From: Chitinophagales bacterium
GTDB taxonomy: Bacteria > Bacteroidota > Bacteroidia > Chitinophagales > Saprospiraceae
Length of the DNA stretch: 22,306 nucleotides
Direction of reading: 5' to 3'
NCBI GenBank assembly: GCA_038230555.1
Contig: JBBRMZ010000065.1
Location: forward strand, 1 to 22,306
Part shown: positions 1 to 8,936 of the stretch, piece by piece
How positions within the stretch are numbered: the first letter of the stretch is position 1
Layout: every line of letters starts with the position of its first letter
Program-made: the position numbers and the translations under genes
Notes under the pieces: model-generated
Databases searched by the model: none
Seen by the model: the letters and a program-made list of their open reading frames with translations, nothing else
Told to the model about the DNA's origin: nothing

Positions 1-1051
1 CAGTTTTGGCGAGCTGGACATTGCGGGCGGCGTCCGTTACGACATGAGAAATTTTAATAACGACGCGCTATATACCAAAACAGGTTTGACCGGATTTGAC
101 CGTCCGGTACAGAATACGACCGGCGCGGATTATCATTTCTCCAAAAACGAGCATACGTATAGCGGCTTGTCCGGCAGCCTGGGGTTGACCTATAATTTTT
201 CTTCCGCTTTTTCTTTGAAAGCGAATATTTCAAGAGGGTACCGCGCGCCCAACGTTATCGAAATTACGGGCAACGGCATCCATCCGGGAACCAATACTTA
301 TCAGATCGGCGATCCCAATTTCCAGCCGGAGTTCAGTTTGCAGGAAGACCTGGGAGGCGCGTATACGTCGAAATATTTTTCCGGAAGCCTTAGTATTTTC
401 AACAACCACATCGACCATTATATTTATAACCAAAAACTGGTCGGCGCAAACGGAACGGATTCGGTCATAGTAGCGGGCAATCAGACCTTCCATTTTGAAC
501 AAGGTTCCGCGCATTTATACGGCGGCGAACTTAGCCTGGACGTGCATCCCATTTCTTCCATCCATTTTGAGAACAGCCTGTCTGTCGTTTACGGGAACCT
601 CGAAAACCAGATCGCAGGCATCGAGGGGGATAGCGCCAAATATTTACCTTTTATTCCTCCTTTTCACGGAACGTCCGAATTACGCTATACCAAAGAATTC
701 AACTCGACGAAGATTTCCAATTTTTTTATCTACGGCCAGTTAGCCTATTACGCCGCTCAAAACCGGGCGTTTTTGGCGTATAACACGGAAACGCCTACGC
801 CGGGTTATACGCTGACCAACGTCGGACTTGGCGCCGCTTTTAAAAGTCAACAGCTTGGCAAAATAAACGCTTCTATCCTGGTCGCGAACCTGTTCGACGT
901 TGCTTACCAAGATCACCTGAGCCGGTTGAAATATTTTGAACCTTATCCCAACAATTTTACCGGTCGGAACGGTATTTATAATATGGGCAGAAACGTGAGT
1001 TTTAAAGTGGTTTTCCAGTTTGATCACGAGCGGAAGAAAAGCGCTCAATAA
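1..1051 (+). CDS. TonB-dependent outer-membrane receptor, C-terminal part (5' end outside window)
   Basis: The reading frame (frame 2) is open to the window start; SFGELDIAGGVRYD precedes the first Met of the listed ORF. The sequence has a beta-barrel-like alternating pattern. Receptor-type C-terminal strands are present (NISRGYRAPNVIEI, GRNVSFKVVFQF). Confidence 0.85.
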   Translation, partial: SFGELDIAGGVRYDMRNFNNDALYTKTGLTGFDRPVQNTTGADYHFSKNEHTYSGLSGSLGLTYNFSSAFSLKANISRGYRAPNVIEITGNGIHPGTNTYQIGDPNFQPEFSLQEDLGGAYTSKYFSGSLSIFNNHIDHYIYNQKLVGANGTDSVIVAGNQTFHFEQGSAHLYGGELSLDVHPISSIHFENSLSVVYGNLENQIAGIEGDSAKYLPFIPPFHGTSELRYTKEFNSTKISNFFIYGQLAYYAAQNRAFLAYNTETPTPGYTLTNVGLGAAFKSQQLGKINASILVANLFDVAYQDHLSRLKYFEPYPNNFTGRNGIYNMGRNVSFKVVFQFDHERKKSAQ

Positions 1052-1185
1052 TTGCGCGCTCGTTTTGCATCTTATTAATTTTTCCGGGAATGGCTACCGG
1101 CAGGCGCCGGTCGCCATTGTTTTATTGAGAAATAACGTTTATAGCGTATCTTTGATTTTTATTTACCTCCTTAGAAAAATATTTT

Positions 1186-1734
1186 ATGTTCATCAAGTTT
1201 TCAGCGTCGGCGACGGTTTTATTATTGGCCGGTATTGTTTTTTTATCAGACGGATGTAAGAAAGTGGAAACGGCGATAGCCGGCATTCCAACCCCTACTA
1301 CTTTGCAACTGCAATTTACAACGGGAGGTAAAACGACTGTTTTTAATTATCGGAAAACCAGCAATGGAGTCGTTGCCGACACCATTAAAGTTCCCCGCAG
1401 TACTGCATACACCGGCAAAACGGTGGTTTTAGATACTACCCAAAATCCGGCGGCCGATCTGACACAAGTCTACGCCATTCCAAACAAAAGAGACTTTATT
1501 GTGATATATACATTTGATCCCGGCACGCTACCCGTTAAAATGGAAGCTGCCCCTTCCGACGTAGACGATCTGGGGTACTCCTTCGGTCAACTTTTTACTT
1601 TTAATTCTTTTCTGGGCGCTTCCGGGACGGTCAATGTGCTGGTAAAATATAAATCGGATAAGCGGATCGCCGATCCTTCGCAGTCTGGCGGAACAGTATT
1701 GATCAATGCGACTTTTCCATTAAAAGTGTTATAA
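1186..1734 (+). CDS. hypothetical lipoprotein downstream of the TonB-dependent receptor
   Basis: N-terminal signal peptide ending in Cys (LLLAGIVFLSDGC). Same strand as the receptor, 135 nt downstream. No family recognised. Confidence 0.6.
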   Translation: MFIKFSASATVLLLAGIVFLSDGCKKVETAIAGIPTPTTLQLQFTTGGKTTVFNYRKTSNGVVADTIKVPRSTAYTGKTVVLDTTQNPAADLTQVYAIPNKRDFIVIYTFDPGTLPVKMEAAPSDVDDLGYSFGQLFTFNSFLGASGTVNVLVKYKSDKRIADPSQSGGTVLINATFPLKVL

Positions 1735-1855
1735 TCGTTCTATATTATAGATTTTCGCGGTTTTATCGTAACTTGCACCCGTTAGAAATCGTTTAGCTAT
1801 TTTATTTATATCACAGCCTAAGCGTCGGCTGTTAAGGACGCGTATTTATATTCAA

Positions 1856-4117
1856 ATGACAAGAAAGAGAAGAAGCGGCAAAAAAAGCGAAAATAAACTC
1901 TCCACCGGAACCCTTCAAAAAGCAATCCTTCAACTTTTCCAGGAACATCCCGACAAGCGTTATACCGCCCGCCACATCATCGAGAAACTCGGAATTAATA
2001 ACAATAAGGATTCTATTAACTACGCGCTGGAGCAGTTGGAACTCAACGGACAGCTCGTTGCGGCCTCCAATTGGGACAAAACGCCTGAAATTGTGGAAGA
2101 AAACGGCGCGCAGAACGGAGCCCTTGTCGCAGAACGGAGCGAAAGACCGCGAAGAACGGAGAGGCCCGACCGAACCCGAAAAAAAGAGAGCGAGCATGAC
2201 ACGCCGCGCGCTACTTACATGGGAACGGTCGACATGGCCCGAAGCGGCGCCGCATATATCGTCTGCGAAGGGCTGGAAGCGGACGTCTACGTTCCCTCTA
2301 AATTTCTAAACGGCGCGCTGCACGGCGACAAAGTGAAAGTAGCGGTCTTCACCGCGCGGGGCAGGAAAAAACCCGACGGCGAAGTGATGAAAATATTGGA
2401 ACGGGCCACTGAACATTTTATCGGCACAATCCACTTATCCCACAAATACGGCGTTGTGTTACCGGACCGTCCGGGCGTCGGCGACGTATACGTGGAACTG
2501 CCGGACACGATGGAGGCCGACGACGGCATGAAGGTCATCGTCCGCATCACCAAATGGCCCAGCCGCACCACTCAAAATCTGACCGGCGTGGTAACGACTG
2601 TTTTGGGCGAACCAGGCGGCAGCGATATGGCGATGAAAACCATCCTCATCAACAACGGCTTCAATATTACTTTCCCGGAAGCGGTGATCGAAGAGTCGGA
2701 GAAAATATCGGAAGAGATCACTGCTGAAGAAATCGCCAAACGACGCGACTTCCGCGACGTGACGACGTTCACCATCGACCCTATAGACGCCAAGGATTTT
2801 GACGACGCGCTTTCCATTAAAAAACTTGACAACGGGAACATTGAGATTGGCGTTCACATTGCCGACGTATCGCATTACCTGACGCCGCATACGGCGTTGG
2901 ACAAAGAAGCGTATTTGCGGTCCACCTCCGTTTACCTCGTGGATCGCGTCTGCCCGATGCTGCCGGAAAAACTCTCCAACGGCCTTTGCTCGCTGCGTCC
3001 GCAGGAAGAAAAACTCACTTTTTCGGCGGTATTCGAACTGGACGAAGAGGGCAAGGTTGTCGACCGGTGGTTTGGCAAGACGGTGATCTTTTCCGACCGC
3101 AGGTTCGCTTACGAAGAAGCGCAGGAGATTCTTGAAGCCGGCGAAGGCGATTACTCGTCCGAATTGATCCTGCTGAACCAATTAGCGCATAAACTCCGCA
3201 AAAAAAGATTCGCCCACGGAGCGATTAATTTTGAGACTGACGAAGTGCGTTTCAAGCTGGACGAGCACGGCGTTCCCATAGAGGTCTACATTAAAGAGCG
3301 GAAGGACGCCCACATGCTGGTCGAAGATTTTATGCTTTTAGCTAATAAAGAAGTGGCCGGTTTTATGATGAAAAAACCGCCGCCGGAAGTTCCGTTTATT
3401 TACCGAGTGCACGACCTGCCAGACATGGATAAGCTCCGCAATTTCGCTTTGTTCGCTTTAGAATTAGGAATTAAGATAGATCTGGGAACGCCTAAAAGCA
3501 TCGCTAAATCCATTAACGCCCTGATGAAAAAGTCAGAAAAGGACGAAAGCCTGAAATTGCTGACGCCTTTAGCGATCCGGTGTATGGCCAAAGCGGATTA
3601 TAGCTCCAACAACATCGGCCATTACGGATTGGCTTTTGAGAATTATTCTCATTTTACTTCGCCCATCCGAAGATATTCCGACGTGATTGCGCACCGGATT
3701 TTAGAAAAAAATCTGGGTAAAGCTGAAGTCCGGGTCAATAAAGATGACTTGGAAGAACAGTGCAAACATATTTCTAAACAGGAGCGCAAAGCGGTCGACG
3801 CTGAACGGGAATCCACCAAATACAAACAGGTGGAATACATCAAAACCCGTATCGGCGAGGTATTTGACGGCTACGTTTCCGGCCTGATCGAAAGGGGATT
3901 ATTTATTGCCCTTACTGAGAGTCAGTGCGAAGGAATGATTCCGTATGAAAGAATGGGCGAACCTTACGAACTGGATCCGTCCCGCCTGAAGGCGCGCGGC
4001 GTCCGCAGCGGAACCATTTATAAAATGGGCGACTTTGTAAAAGTAAAAATATTGGGCGCCGATCTGGAAAAAAAGCAGATTGAAATGGAGATTCTTTCCA
4101 AAGTTAGCGTCGGATAA
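1856..4117 (+). CDS. rnr: ribonuclease R (RNB-family 3'-5' exoribonuclease)
   Basis: RNB catalytic motifs (FTIDPIDAKDFDDALS, IGVHIADVSHY, YLVDRVCPMLPEKLSNGLCSL). C-terminal S1 domain (GEVFDGYVSGLIERGLFIAL). Basic linker after the N-terminal winged-helix-like region. Confidence 0.95.
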   Translation: MTRKRRSGKKSENKLSTGTLQKAILQLFQEHPDKRYTARHIIEKLGINNNKDSINYALEQLELNGQLVAASNWDKTPEIVEENGAQNGALVAERSERPRRTERPDRTRKKESEHDTPRATYMGTVDMARSGAAYIVCEGLEADVYVPSKFLNGALHGDKVKVAVFTARGRKKPDGEVMKILERATEHFIGTIHLSHKYGVVLPDRPGVGDVYVELPDTMEADDGMKVIVRITKWPSRTTQNLTGVVTTVLGEPGGSDMAMKTILINNGFNITFPEAVIEESEKISEEITAEEIAKRRDFRDVTTFTIDPIDAKDFDDALSIKKLDNGNIEIGVHIADVSHYLTPHTALDKEAYLRSTSVYLVDRVCPMLPEKLSNGLCSLRPQEEKLTFSAVFELDEEGKVVDRWFGKTVIFSDRRFAYEEAQEILEAGEGDYSSELILLNQLAHKLRKKRFAHGAINFETDEVRFKLDEHGVPIEVYIKERKDAHMLVEDFMLLANKEVAGFMMKKPPPEVPFIYRVHDLPDMDKLRNFALFALELGIKIDLGTPKSIAKSINALMKKSEKDESLKLLTPLAIRCMAKADYSSNNIGHYGLAFENYSHFTSPIRRYSDVIAHRILEKNLGKAEVRVNKDDLEEQCKHISKQERKAVDAERESTKYKQVEYIKTRIGEVFDGYVSGLIERGLFIALTESQCEGMIPYERMGEPYELDPSRLKARGVRSGTIYKMGDFVKVKILGADLEKKQIEMEILSKVSVG

Positions 4118-4130
4118 AGTTTTTAAAAAT

Positions 4131-4158
4131 GATGAATGATGAATGATTATAATTCATC
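4131..4158. repeat. short heptamer repeat (GATGAAT x2.4) plus 7-bp hairpin
   Basis: GATGAAT GATGAAT GAT starts 13 nt after the rnr stop. GATGAAT(4138-4144) pairs with ATTCATC(4152-4158). Confidence 0.6.
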
Positions 4159-4184
4159 CGCTACTAATATTCTCTCTTAAGGCA

Positions 4185-4229
4185 CAGCCTGATTTTCAAC
4201 CTGTTGAAAGTTAGGCTGTTTCTTTTAAG
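4185..4229 (+). terminator. candidate rho-independent terminator of rnr between convergent genes
   Basis: Composite hairpin: CAGCCT(4185-4190)/AGGCTG(4213-4218) and TTTCAAC(4194-4200)/GTTGAAA(4203-4209), followed by the T-rich run tttcttttaag. It overlaps the 3' end of the minus-strand GNAT CDS. Confidence 0.55.
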
Positions 4230-4711
4230 ATCATAGAGATATGAGGGATATTATCTTCGAGGTATCCCTCTCCTACCGCCTCGAATCCGAGGGCGGTATA
4301 AAATTTTATTAAATAAGTCTGCGCGCCGATCTTCACGGGATCGTTCGGATAGAGCGCTTTAATTTTCCGAATACTTTCCTCCATCAATATTTTCCCTAAT
4401 CCTTTACCGCGCGCCGAGGGGTCGGAGACCACTCTGCCGATCGAAGCATAGGCTTCGTAGGAAATTCCTTTTGGCAATAATCGCGTGTATCCAAGTAATT
4501 TTCCGCTTTCATCCCGCAATGTCAAATGATAAGCATTCAGGTCTTTTCCGTCAAGGTCCTGGTAAACACAGTTCTGTTCCACGCAAAAAACCTGCATCCG
4601 CAGGGCGAGTATTTCATATAACTCTACGGACTTTAATTGACCAAAATGGGCGCAATGAAAGTTAACCTCTTCACCTTTATCAGTCGTTTTGCTATTTTGA
4701 AGGGCTGCCAT
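4211..4711 (-). CDS. GNAT family N-acetyltransferase, ElaA-like
   Basis: ElaA-type block LRMQVFCVEQNCVYQDLDGKD and acetyl-CoA binding loop RGKGLGKILM. Confidence 0.85.
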   Translation of the reverse strand: MAALQNSKTTDKGEEVNFHCAHFGQLKSVELYEILALRMQVFCVEQNCVYQDLDGKDLNAYHLTLRDESGKLLGYTRLLPKGISYEAYASIGRVVSDPSARGKGLGKILMEESIRKIKALYPNDPVKIGAQTYLIKFYTALGFEAVGEGYLEDNIPHISMILKETA

Positions 4712-4840
4712 ATTTTTTACCTTTAAATTCGTAAAATTATGTCCATCTTTGTTTCCATACTATGCGAAAGCCCGGGCCAAAACAAAATATTCGACGGGCA
4801 AAAATATAAAATAATCCGTCTATCTATTATTTAATTCCTC

Positions 4841-5206
4841 ATGGCGGCGCACAATGATACGGGCAAACAAGGCGAAGCGTTAGCTACGGAATTCCTGCGC
4901 GCGGCGGGCTATGAAATTCTGGAACTTAACTGGCGTTCGGGCAAAGCGGAGTTGGACATTATCGCACGGGAAAAAGAAACGCTTATTTTTATTGAAGTTA
5001 AGACCCGTAGTTCGGCCTGGTTCGGCGCGCCGGAAGAATATGTCACGCCTAAAAAAGAAAAACTGATGTGGCGGGCCGCCGGGGCTTATATGGAAAAAGT
5101 TAGCCACGAGTGGGAGGTCCGGTTTGATATAATCAGCATTATTCTTCCTAAAAATAATCCGCCGGAGATCGTGCATTTTAAAGACGCTTTCTTTTTTAAA
5201 GAATGA
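4841..5206 (+). CDS. YraN family (UPF0102) endonuclease-like protein
   Basis: GEALATEFLRAAGYEILELNWR...ELDIIA...LIFIEVKTR...RFDIISI is the typical YraN layout. Size is 121 aa. Confidence 0.85.
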   Translation: MAAHNDTGKQGEALATEFLRAAGYEILELNWRSGKAELDIIAREKETLIFIEVKTRSSAWFGAPEEYVTPKKEKLMWRAAGAYMEKVSHEWEVRFDIISIILPKNNPPEIVHFKDAFFFKE

Positions 5207-5325
5207 TGGCGTTTAATTTAAATGGGAATAGTAGCAGGCGTCATACTGCGCTATGCAATTATTGCCGGCGAAGCCGGCTCTGAATTTTGACTAAATGATT
5301 ACAGCGATTATTTCCATTTAACTAC

Positions 5326-5631
5326 TTAATGCCGGCGGTAATACATCAAAATAAATCCAAACAAAGTAATTAATCCCGTCAAAACGCTGGCCATTCGGAT
5401 CGAATAATGGATATGGCTGACGAAAGTAGCGATCTCTGTTTTGAATTTTGGGTATTTTGGGTAGATTTCCTGTTCCATTTTTTGCCGGTTGAAAATATGG
5501 CTTGCGCCAAACTCCACGCGGTTTTGTTCGAGGATGCGGTATAGCCGGAACACTTTTACCCGGAAATAAACATTTACGAATAAGGCGGCGGCAAACAAAC
5601 CGAGCACAATTGAAATTAGGAGAATATACAT
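5326..5631 (-). CDS. small hypothetical membrane protein (two hydrophobic helices)
   Basis: N-terminal hydrophobic segment (ILLISIVLGLFAAALFVNVYF) and C-terminal hydrophobic segment (MASVLTGLITLFGFILMYY). Preferred over the overlapping 5318..5704 ORF, which starts inside a heptamer repeat array. Confidence 0.5.
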   Translation of the reverse strand: MYILLISIVLGLFAAALFVNVYFRVKVFRLYRILEQNRVEFGASHIFNRQKMEQEIYPKYPKFKTEIATFVSHIHYSIRMASVLTGLITLFGFILMYYRRH

Positions 5632-5640
5632 TAAAATAAT

Positions 5641-5704
5641 GGTAAATTATAAAGGGTAAAGGGTAAATTTTGAATGGTAAAGGGGTAAATTGTAAATGGT
5701 ACAT
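5641..5704. repeat. degenerate heptamer array (GGTAAAT family, about 9 units)
   Basis: ggtaaat tataaag ggtaaag ggtaaat tttgaat ggtaaag g ggtaaat tgtaaat ggtacat. There is a single C in 64 nt on the + strand. Confidence 0.75.
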
Positions 5705-5715
5705 GATTGGGCGCT

Positions 5716-6807
5716 TTAGCGGGGGAGTTTAAGCAGGACTTCCGTTGCGCCCCAGCCATATTTTTCTATCCAGTTGTTTGTAAATTTCAGGACTTCCGTA
5801 TTCCGGCGGAGGCGGGCGGCTACGCTGTCTTTCAGTCTGCCTGTACCGACGCCGTGGATGATATAGACTTTCGGAACGCCAAGCCGGACGGCTTTTTCTA
5901 AGAACTGGTCGCAGGCGCGCATTTGGATCTGTAGAATTTCTCCGGCGCTTAATTTGCCCGGCGAATCGTGTAGGGCTTCGATGTGCAGGTCGATTTCGTT
6001 GACAAAAGCGGCGTATTCCCCAACGTTGGCGATGGGGTCGTACCAGTGCGCTTCTTTTTCTGGCTCCGGTTGTTGTTTCTTTTTAGCGAGCGATTTAGTA
6101 TACGTTTTCAGGTCGCTTTCCTGGGCGGGCGCCTGTTTCAGTTCTTCCCATAAAATATACAGGTGCGCTTCTTTGAGCGGCGTTCCCAAAGGGATCAGGT
6201 TCTTAAAAAAAGACTGCGCTTTTATTTTAAGGGCTTTTTCCATCCATTCCCCCGAACTGTCGGTATAAACGGGCTGAACGCGGGTCATGGTCTCCGGCAG
6301 ATCGTTTAGGTCGTCCCAACCCATTTCTGCTACTAACGTCAAGCCGGAGGTCTTCATACTGCCTTCTTTGTCGGTTTGCAGTTTTCCGCGCAGCGAGAAT
6401 GTAAAATCGTACAGGACGTCGAAGGGCGTATCGTTATACAGGTATATTTTATACTTGTCTACTGAAGCGTCGGATTTACGGACGGGTTCGAATAAGAGTT
6501 GAAAACCGGTATAAAAAACTTTCACTGCGGGCACTTTCTTTTCCGGTATCGCGGGCGTTTTTGGCCGGACGCCGGGGGACTGCGCACTTTCCGTTAACAG
6601 GGGTTTTTTTGAAGTTGGGGCCGTATAGCCCTGCGAAATGGAGACAGGCGCGGGCGGTTTGGCTTCTATAATATCCTCTTCAAAAGCGGGAATTTCCATA
6701 TTGACGCCTTCCAACAGCACCATGACTATCCCGCCGCCTAGTTGCGCGGTTATGGTTCCCTGGTCGGGGGTATACAGAAATTTTATTTTTGTTCCTATTT
6801 TTAGCAT
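5716..6807 (-). CDS. Smr (MutS2-like small MutS-related) domain protein
   Basis: C-terminal Smr domain: EIDLHIEAL...KVYIIHGVGTGRLKDSVAARL...WGATEVLL. Confidence 0.85.
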   Translation of the reverse strand: MLKIGTKIKFLYTPDQGTITAQLGGGIVMVLLEGVNMEIPAFEEDIIEAKPPAPVSISQGYTAPTSKKPLLTESAQSPGVRPKTPAIPEKKVPAVKVFYTGFQLLFEPVRKSDASVDKYKIYLYNDTPFDVLYDFTFSLRGKLQTDKEGSMKTSGLTLVAEMGWDDLNDLPETMTRVQPVYTDSSGEWMEKALKIKAQSFFKNLIPLGTPLKEAHLYILWEELKQAPAQESDLKTYTKSLAKKKQQPEPEKEAHWYDPIANVGEYAAFVNEIDLHIEALHDSPGKLSAGEILQIQMRACDQFLEKAVRLGVPKVYIIHGVGTGRLKDSVAARLRRNTEVLKFTNNWIEKYGWGATEVLLKLPR

Positions 6808-6893
6808 GATGGAATTTACCTTAGGGTTACAAAGATAAACTACTGTCGACAGATAAAATAATTCAGGCTGTTTTTCCAGTATTTCTTTCTTTA

Positions 6894-6928
6894 AGTAGCT
6901 ATTAGCTATTAGCCGTTAGCTATTAGCT
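6894..6928. repeat. heptamer array ATTAGCT x5 (agtagct attagct attagcc gttagct attagct)
   Basis: Read directly from the sequence. It lies about 90 nt upstream of the Smr gene start, in the divergent spacer. Confidence 0.85.
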
Positions 6929-7221
6929 TTTAATTCATTGACTATGAACAAATTATAAAAATAATAACCGTGTTTATTTTTATAAAAGTACTTATTCTCC
7001 CAGACGCTAAAAAAATAATTCAAGACGTCCCGCAAAAAACCCTGTCTGAAAGTGGGTTATTACCCTGGAAAAATCTTCTTTTCAAGATAAAACCGACGGC
7101 GGACGCCTGGGCAAGGATTTATCCCGTCCTCTATCGCTAAATTTTTATCTTTGCCCATCCTAAAACGCCCGAGGGCTAACAAACACCTACAATTATTACC
7201 CTTTCAACAATATCTCTTTAC

Positions 7222-7860
7222 TTGAACCTTCGTTGGAAAATAGCGCAGGCTGCCGAAATCCGGTGGTGGCGCAGGTATCTCGGCTCTAAAGATCCGGTTG
7301 CATATGCCGCATGGAAATCGGCTTATTGGAAAAATTTCCTTGAAAAAACGGGCGTTGTTATTGACGGAAAAGATAAAATACTCGACGCAGGCTGCGGTCC
7401 GTCTGGGATATTTATGATTTTTCAGTCCAATTTCGTCGACGCCGTAGATCCTTTGCTGGAACAATACGAGCAAAGTTTGCCGGGTTTTAAGAAAGCAAAT
7501 TTTCCAAATACCCGCTTTTATACCCTTCCCTTAGAGCAGTTTGATTCCTCTGAATCTTATAATGTTGTTTTTTGCCTGAATGCCATTAACCACGTAGACG
7601 ACCTTGATAAAAGTTTTGACGCGCTGGTCGGCTCTGTCAAAAAAGGTGGAACCCTGGTGGTTTCCATTGACGCCCATCACTCTGATTTTTTAAAGAAAAT
7701 CTTCCAGGCGGTTCCGGGCGACATTCTTCATCCACATCAATATGGGCTGGAAGAGTACCGGCAAATGTTAATCCAACGCGGTTGTCGCATGGAGCGAACA
7801 ATTTTGTTTAAAAAAGAGTTTATCTTTAGTTATTACGTGTTAGTCGCCCAACGAATTTAA
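7222..7860 (+). CDS. class I SAM-dependent methyltransferase
   Basis: Motif I ILDAGCGPSG and post-I/II acidic residues. The TTG at 7222 is the first start-type codon after the in-frame stop at 7177-7179, so the start is uncertain. Confidence 0.75.
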   Translation: MNLRWKIAQAAEIRWWRRYLGSKDPVAYAAWKSAYWKNFLEKTGVVIDGKDKILDAGCGPSGIFMIFQSNFVDAVDPLLEQYEQSLPGFKKANFPNTRFYTLPLEQFDSSESYNVVFCLNAINHVDDLDKSFDALVGSVKKGGTLVVSIDAHHSDFLKKIFQAVPGDILHPHQYGLEEYRQMLIQRGCRMERTILFKKEFIFSYYVLVAQRI

Positions 7861-7861
7861 T

Positions 7862-8263
7862 ATGCCCAGCAGCCCCCTTACTACCTTAACGACCAGCGGC
7901 GTGAAAATTAGCGTCGAAACTTTTTACCAAGAGGAATATTCCCGTCCGACGGAGCAAAAGTATGTCTTTGCATACCGGATCATCATTGAAAACAGCAATT
8001 CTTCCGCTATTTGTCTACTTCGCCGTCATTGGTATATTCAGGAAACCGGCGGATCGATCAAGGAAGTTGAGGGAGAGGGCGTTATAGGCGCTCAGCCGGT
8101 TATTCAACCCGGCGAATCTTTCGAGTATATTTCCTGGACCCACCTGTTAACCGATTTTGGAAAAATGCATGGCGACTATACGATGAATAATATGGAAAGC
8201 GGTAAAAATTTCACAGTCCAAATTCCAGAATTCATGCTGGTTGCGCCGTTTAAATTAAACTAA
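7862..8263 (+). CDS. apaG: ApaG (DUF525) protein
   Basis: ISVETFYQEEYSRP...YVFAYRIIIEN...LLRRHWYIQETGG...VEGEGVIGAQPVIQPGESFEYIS is the ApaG fold signature. The ATG lies 1 nt after the methyltransferase stop. Confidence 0.9.
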   Translation: MPSSPLTTLTTSGVKISVETFYQEEYSRPTEQKYVFAYRIIIENSNSSAICLLRRHWYIQETGGSIKEVEGEGVIGAQPVIQPGESFEYISWTHLLTDFGKMHGDYTMNNMESGKNFTVQIPEFMLVAPFKLN

Positions 8264-8317
8264 ACCAGAATTTAACGAGCTTAAGCCCACCCCTTTCGTC
8301 GCCGCCAAAAAGAAATT

Positions 8318-8863
8318 CTAATTTCTTGATTTTCTTCCAAAGTAGATAATCGCTTTAGCCTGATGTTTCTCCAGCGTGAAAGTTAAACCATTCGACGCGC
8401 GGATGGCAAGATCGTCGTCATTATCGTTTTGATCGGCTTTAGCAATTTCGGTTAAAAATAAGGAGACGTCCTGATCGGACAAACGACGGGTATTAAATTC
8501 CGGATGGACCTGGGTATTTGCATAAACAATAAGCGTGGGCAGGTAATTTTCCGCAGCATTGGTAGAAGGGAAAAAGTCGACATTCGAACGATGAATAAAT
8601 TCAACCGCATGGTTATTCATTTTCCGCATCATTAAAGGAAGACGGTGAAACGAGCGAACGGTATACCGGGACGAGTCACCGAAGTTCTTATAAAGGGTAG
8701 CGCCCGTTTCGGGTTTTACTTCCGTCAAAATAAAGGGACTACTCGCCTTAATCTGCAACGGCCATCTATAACTGATAGAAGTTAAAAAGCCGGATGGAAT
8801 AAAAGAGGCCGCCTGAACCTGAAAGGCAAATAAAAACATCGTGAATAAAATAGAATATTTCAT
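8318..8863 (-). CDS. hypothetical secreted protein downstream of the TetR gene
   Basis: Start moved to the internal Met giving a clean signal peptide MKYSILFTMFLFAFQVQA. No family recognised. An operator-like palindrome lies 41 nt upstream. Confidence 0.55.
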   Translation of the reverse strand: MKYSILFTMFLFAFQVQAASFIPSGFLTSISYRWPLQIKASSPFILTEVKPETGATLYKNFGDSSRYTVRSFHRLPLMMRKMNNHAVEFIHRSNVDFFPSTNAAENYLPTLIVYANTQVHPEFNTRRLSDQDVSLFLTEIAKADQNDNDDDLAIRASNGLTFTLEKHQAKAIIYFGRKSRN

Positions 8864-8903
8864 TTTAATTTCGTAGAACTGAAGGGTAACCAATTATTAT
8901 TAA

Positions 8904-8917
8904 ACAGACAAGTCTGT
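8904..8917. promoter_or_regulatory. candidate TetR operator (perfect palindrome ACAGAC-AA-GTCTGT)
   Basis: Perfect 6+2+6 inverted repeat between the TetR stop and the start of the secreted-protein gene. A 16/17-identical copy lies upstream of the TetR gene. Confidence 0.5.
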
Positions 8918-8936
8918 ATTAAATTCGACAAAAAAA

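Noticed and set aside
2459-3181. 240-aa minus-strand ORF, plus other antisense ORFs inside rnr, the Smr gene, coaBC, the metallophosphoesterase gene and the SDR gene
   Set aside because: All lie fully within strongly supported genes on the opposite strand. They have Arg/Gly/Ala-rich shadow composition and no motifs.
5318-5704. 128-aa minus-strand ORF overlapping the small membrane-protein gene
   Set aside because: It starts inside the heptamer array, whose minus strand is stop-free in all frames. Its product (MYHLQFTPLPFKIYPLPFIIYHY...) is repeat-derived and has odd composition. The 101-aa ORF in another frame has clean transmembrane helices.
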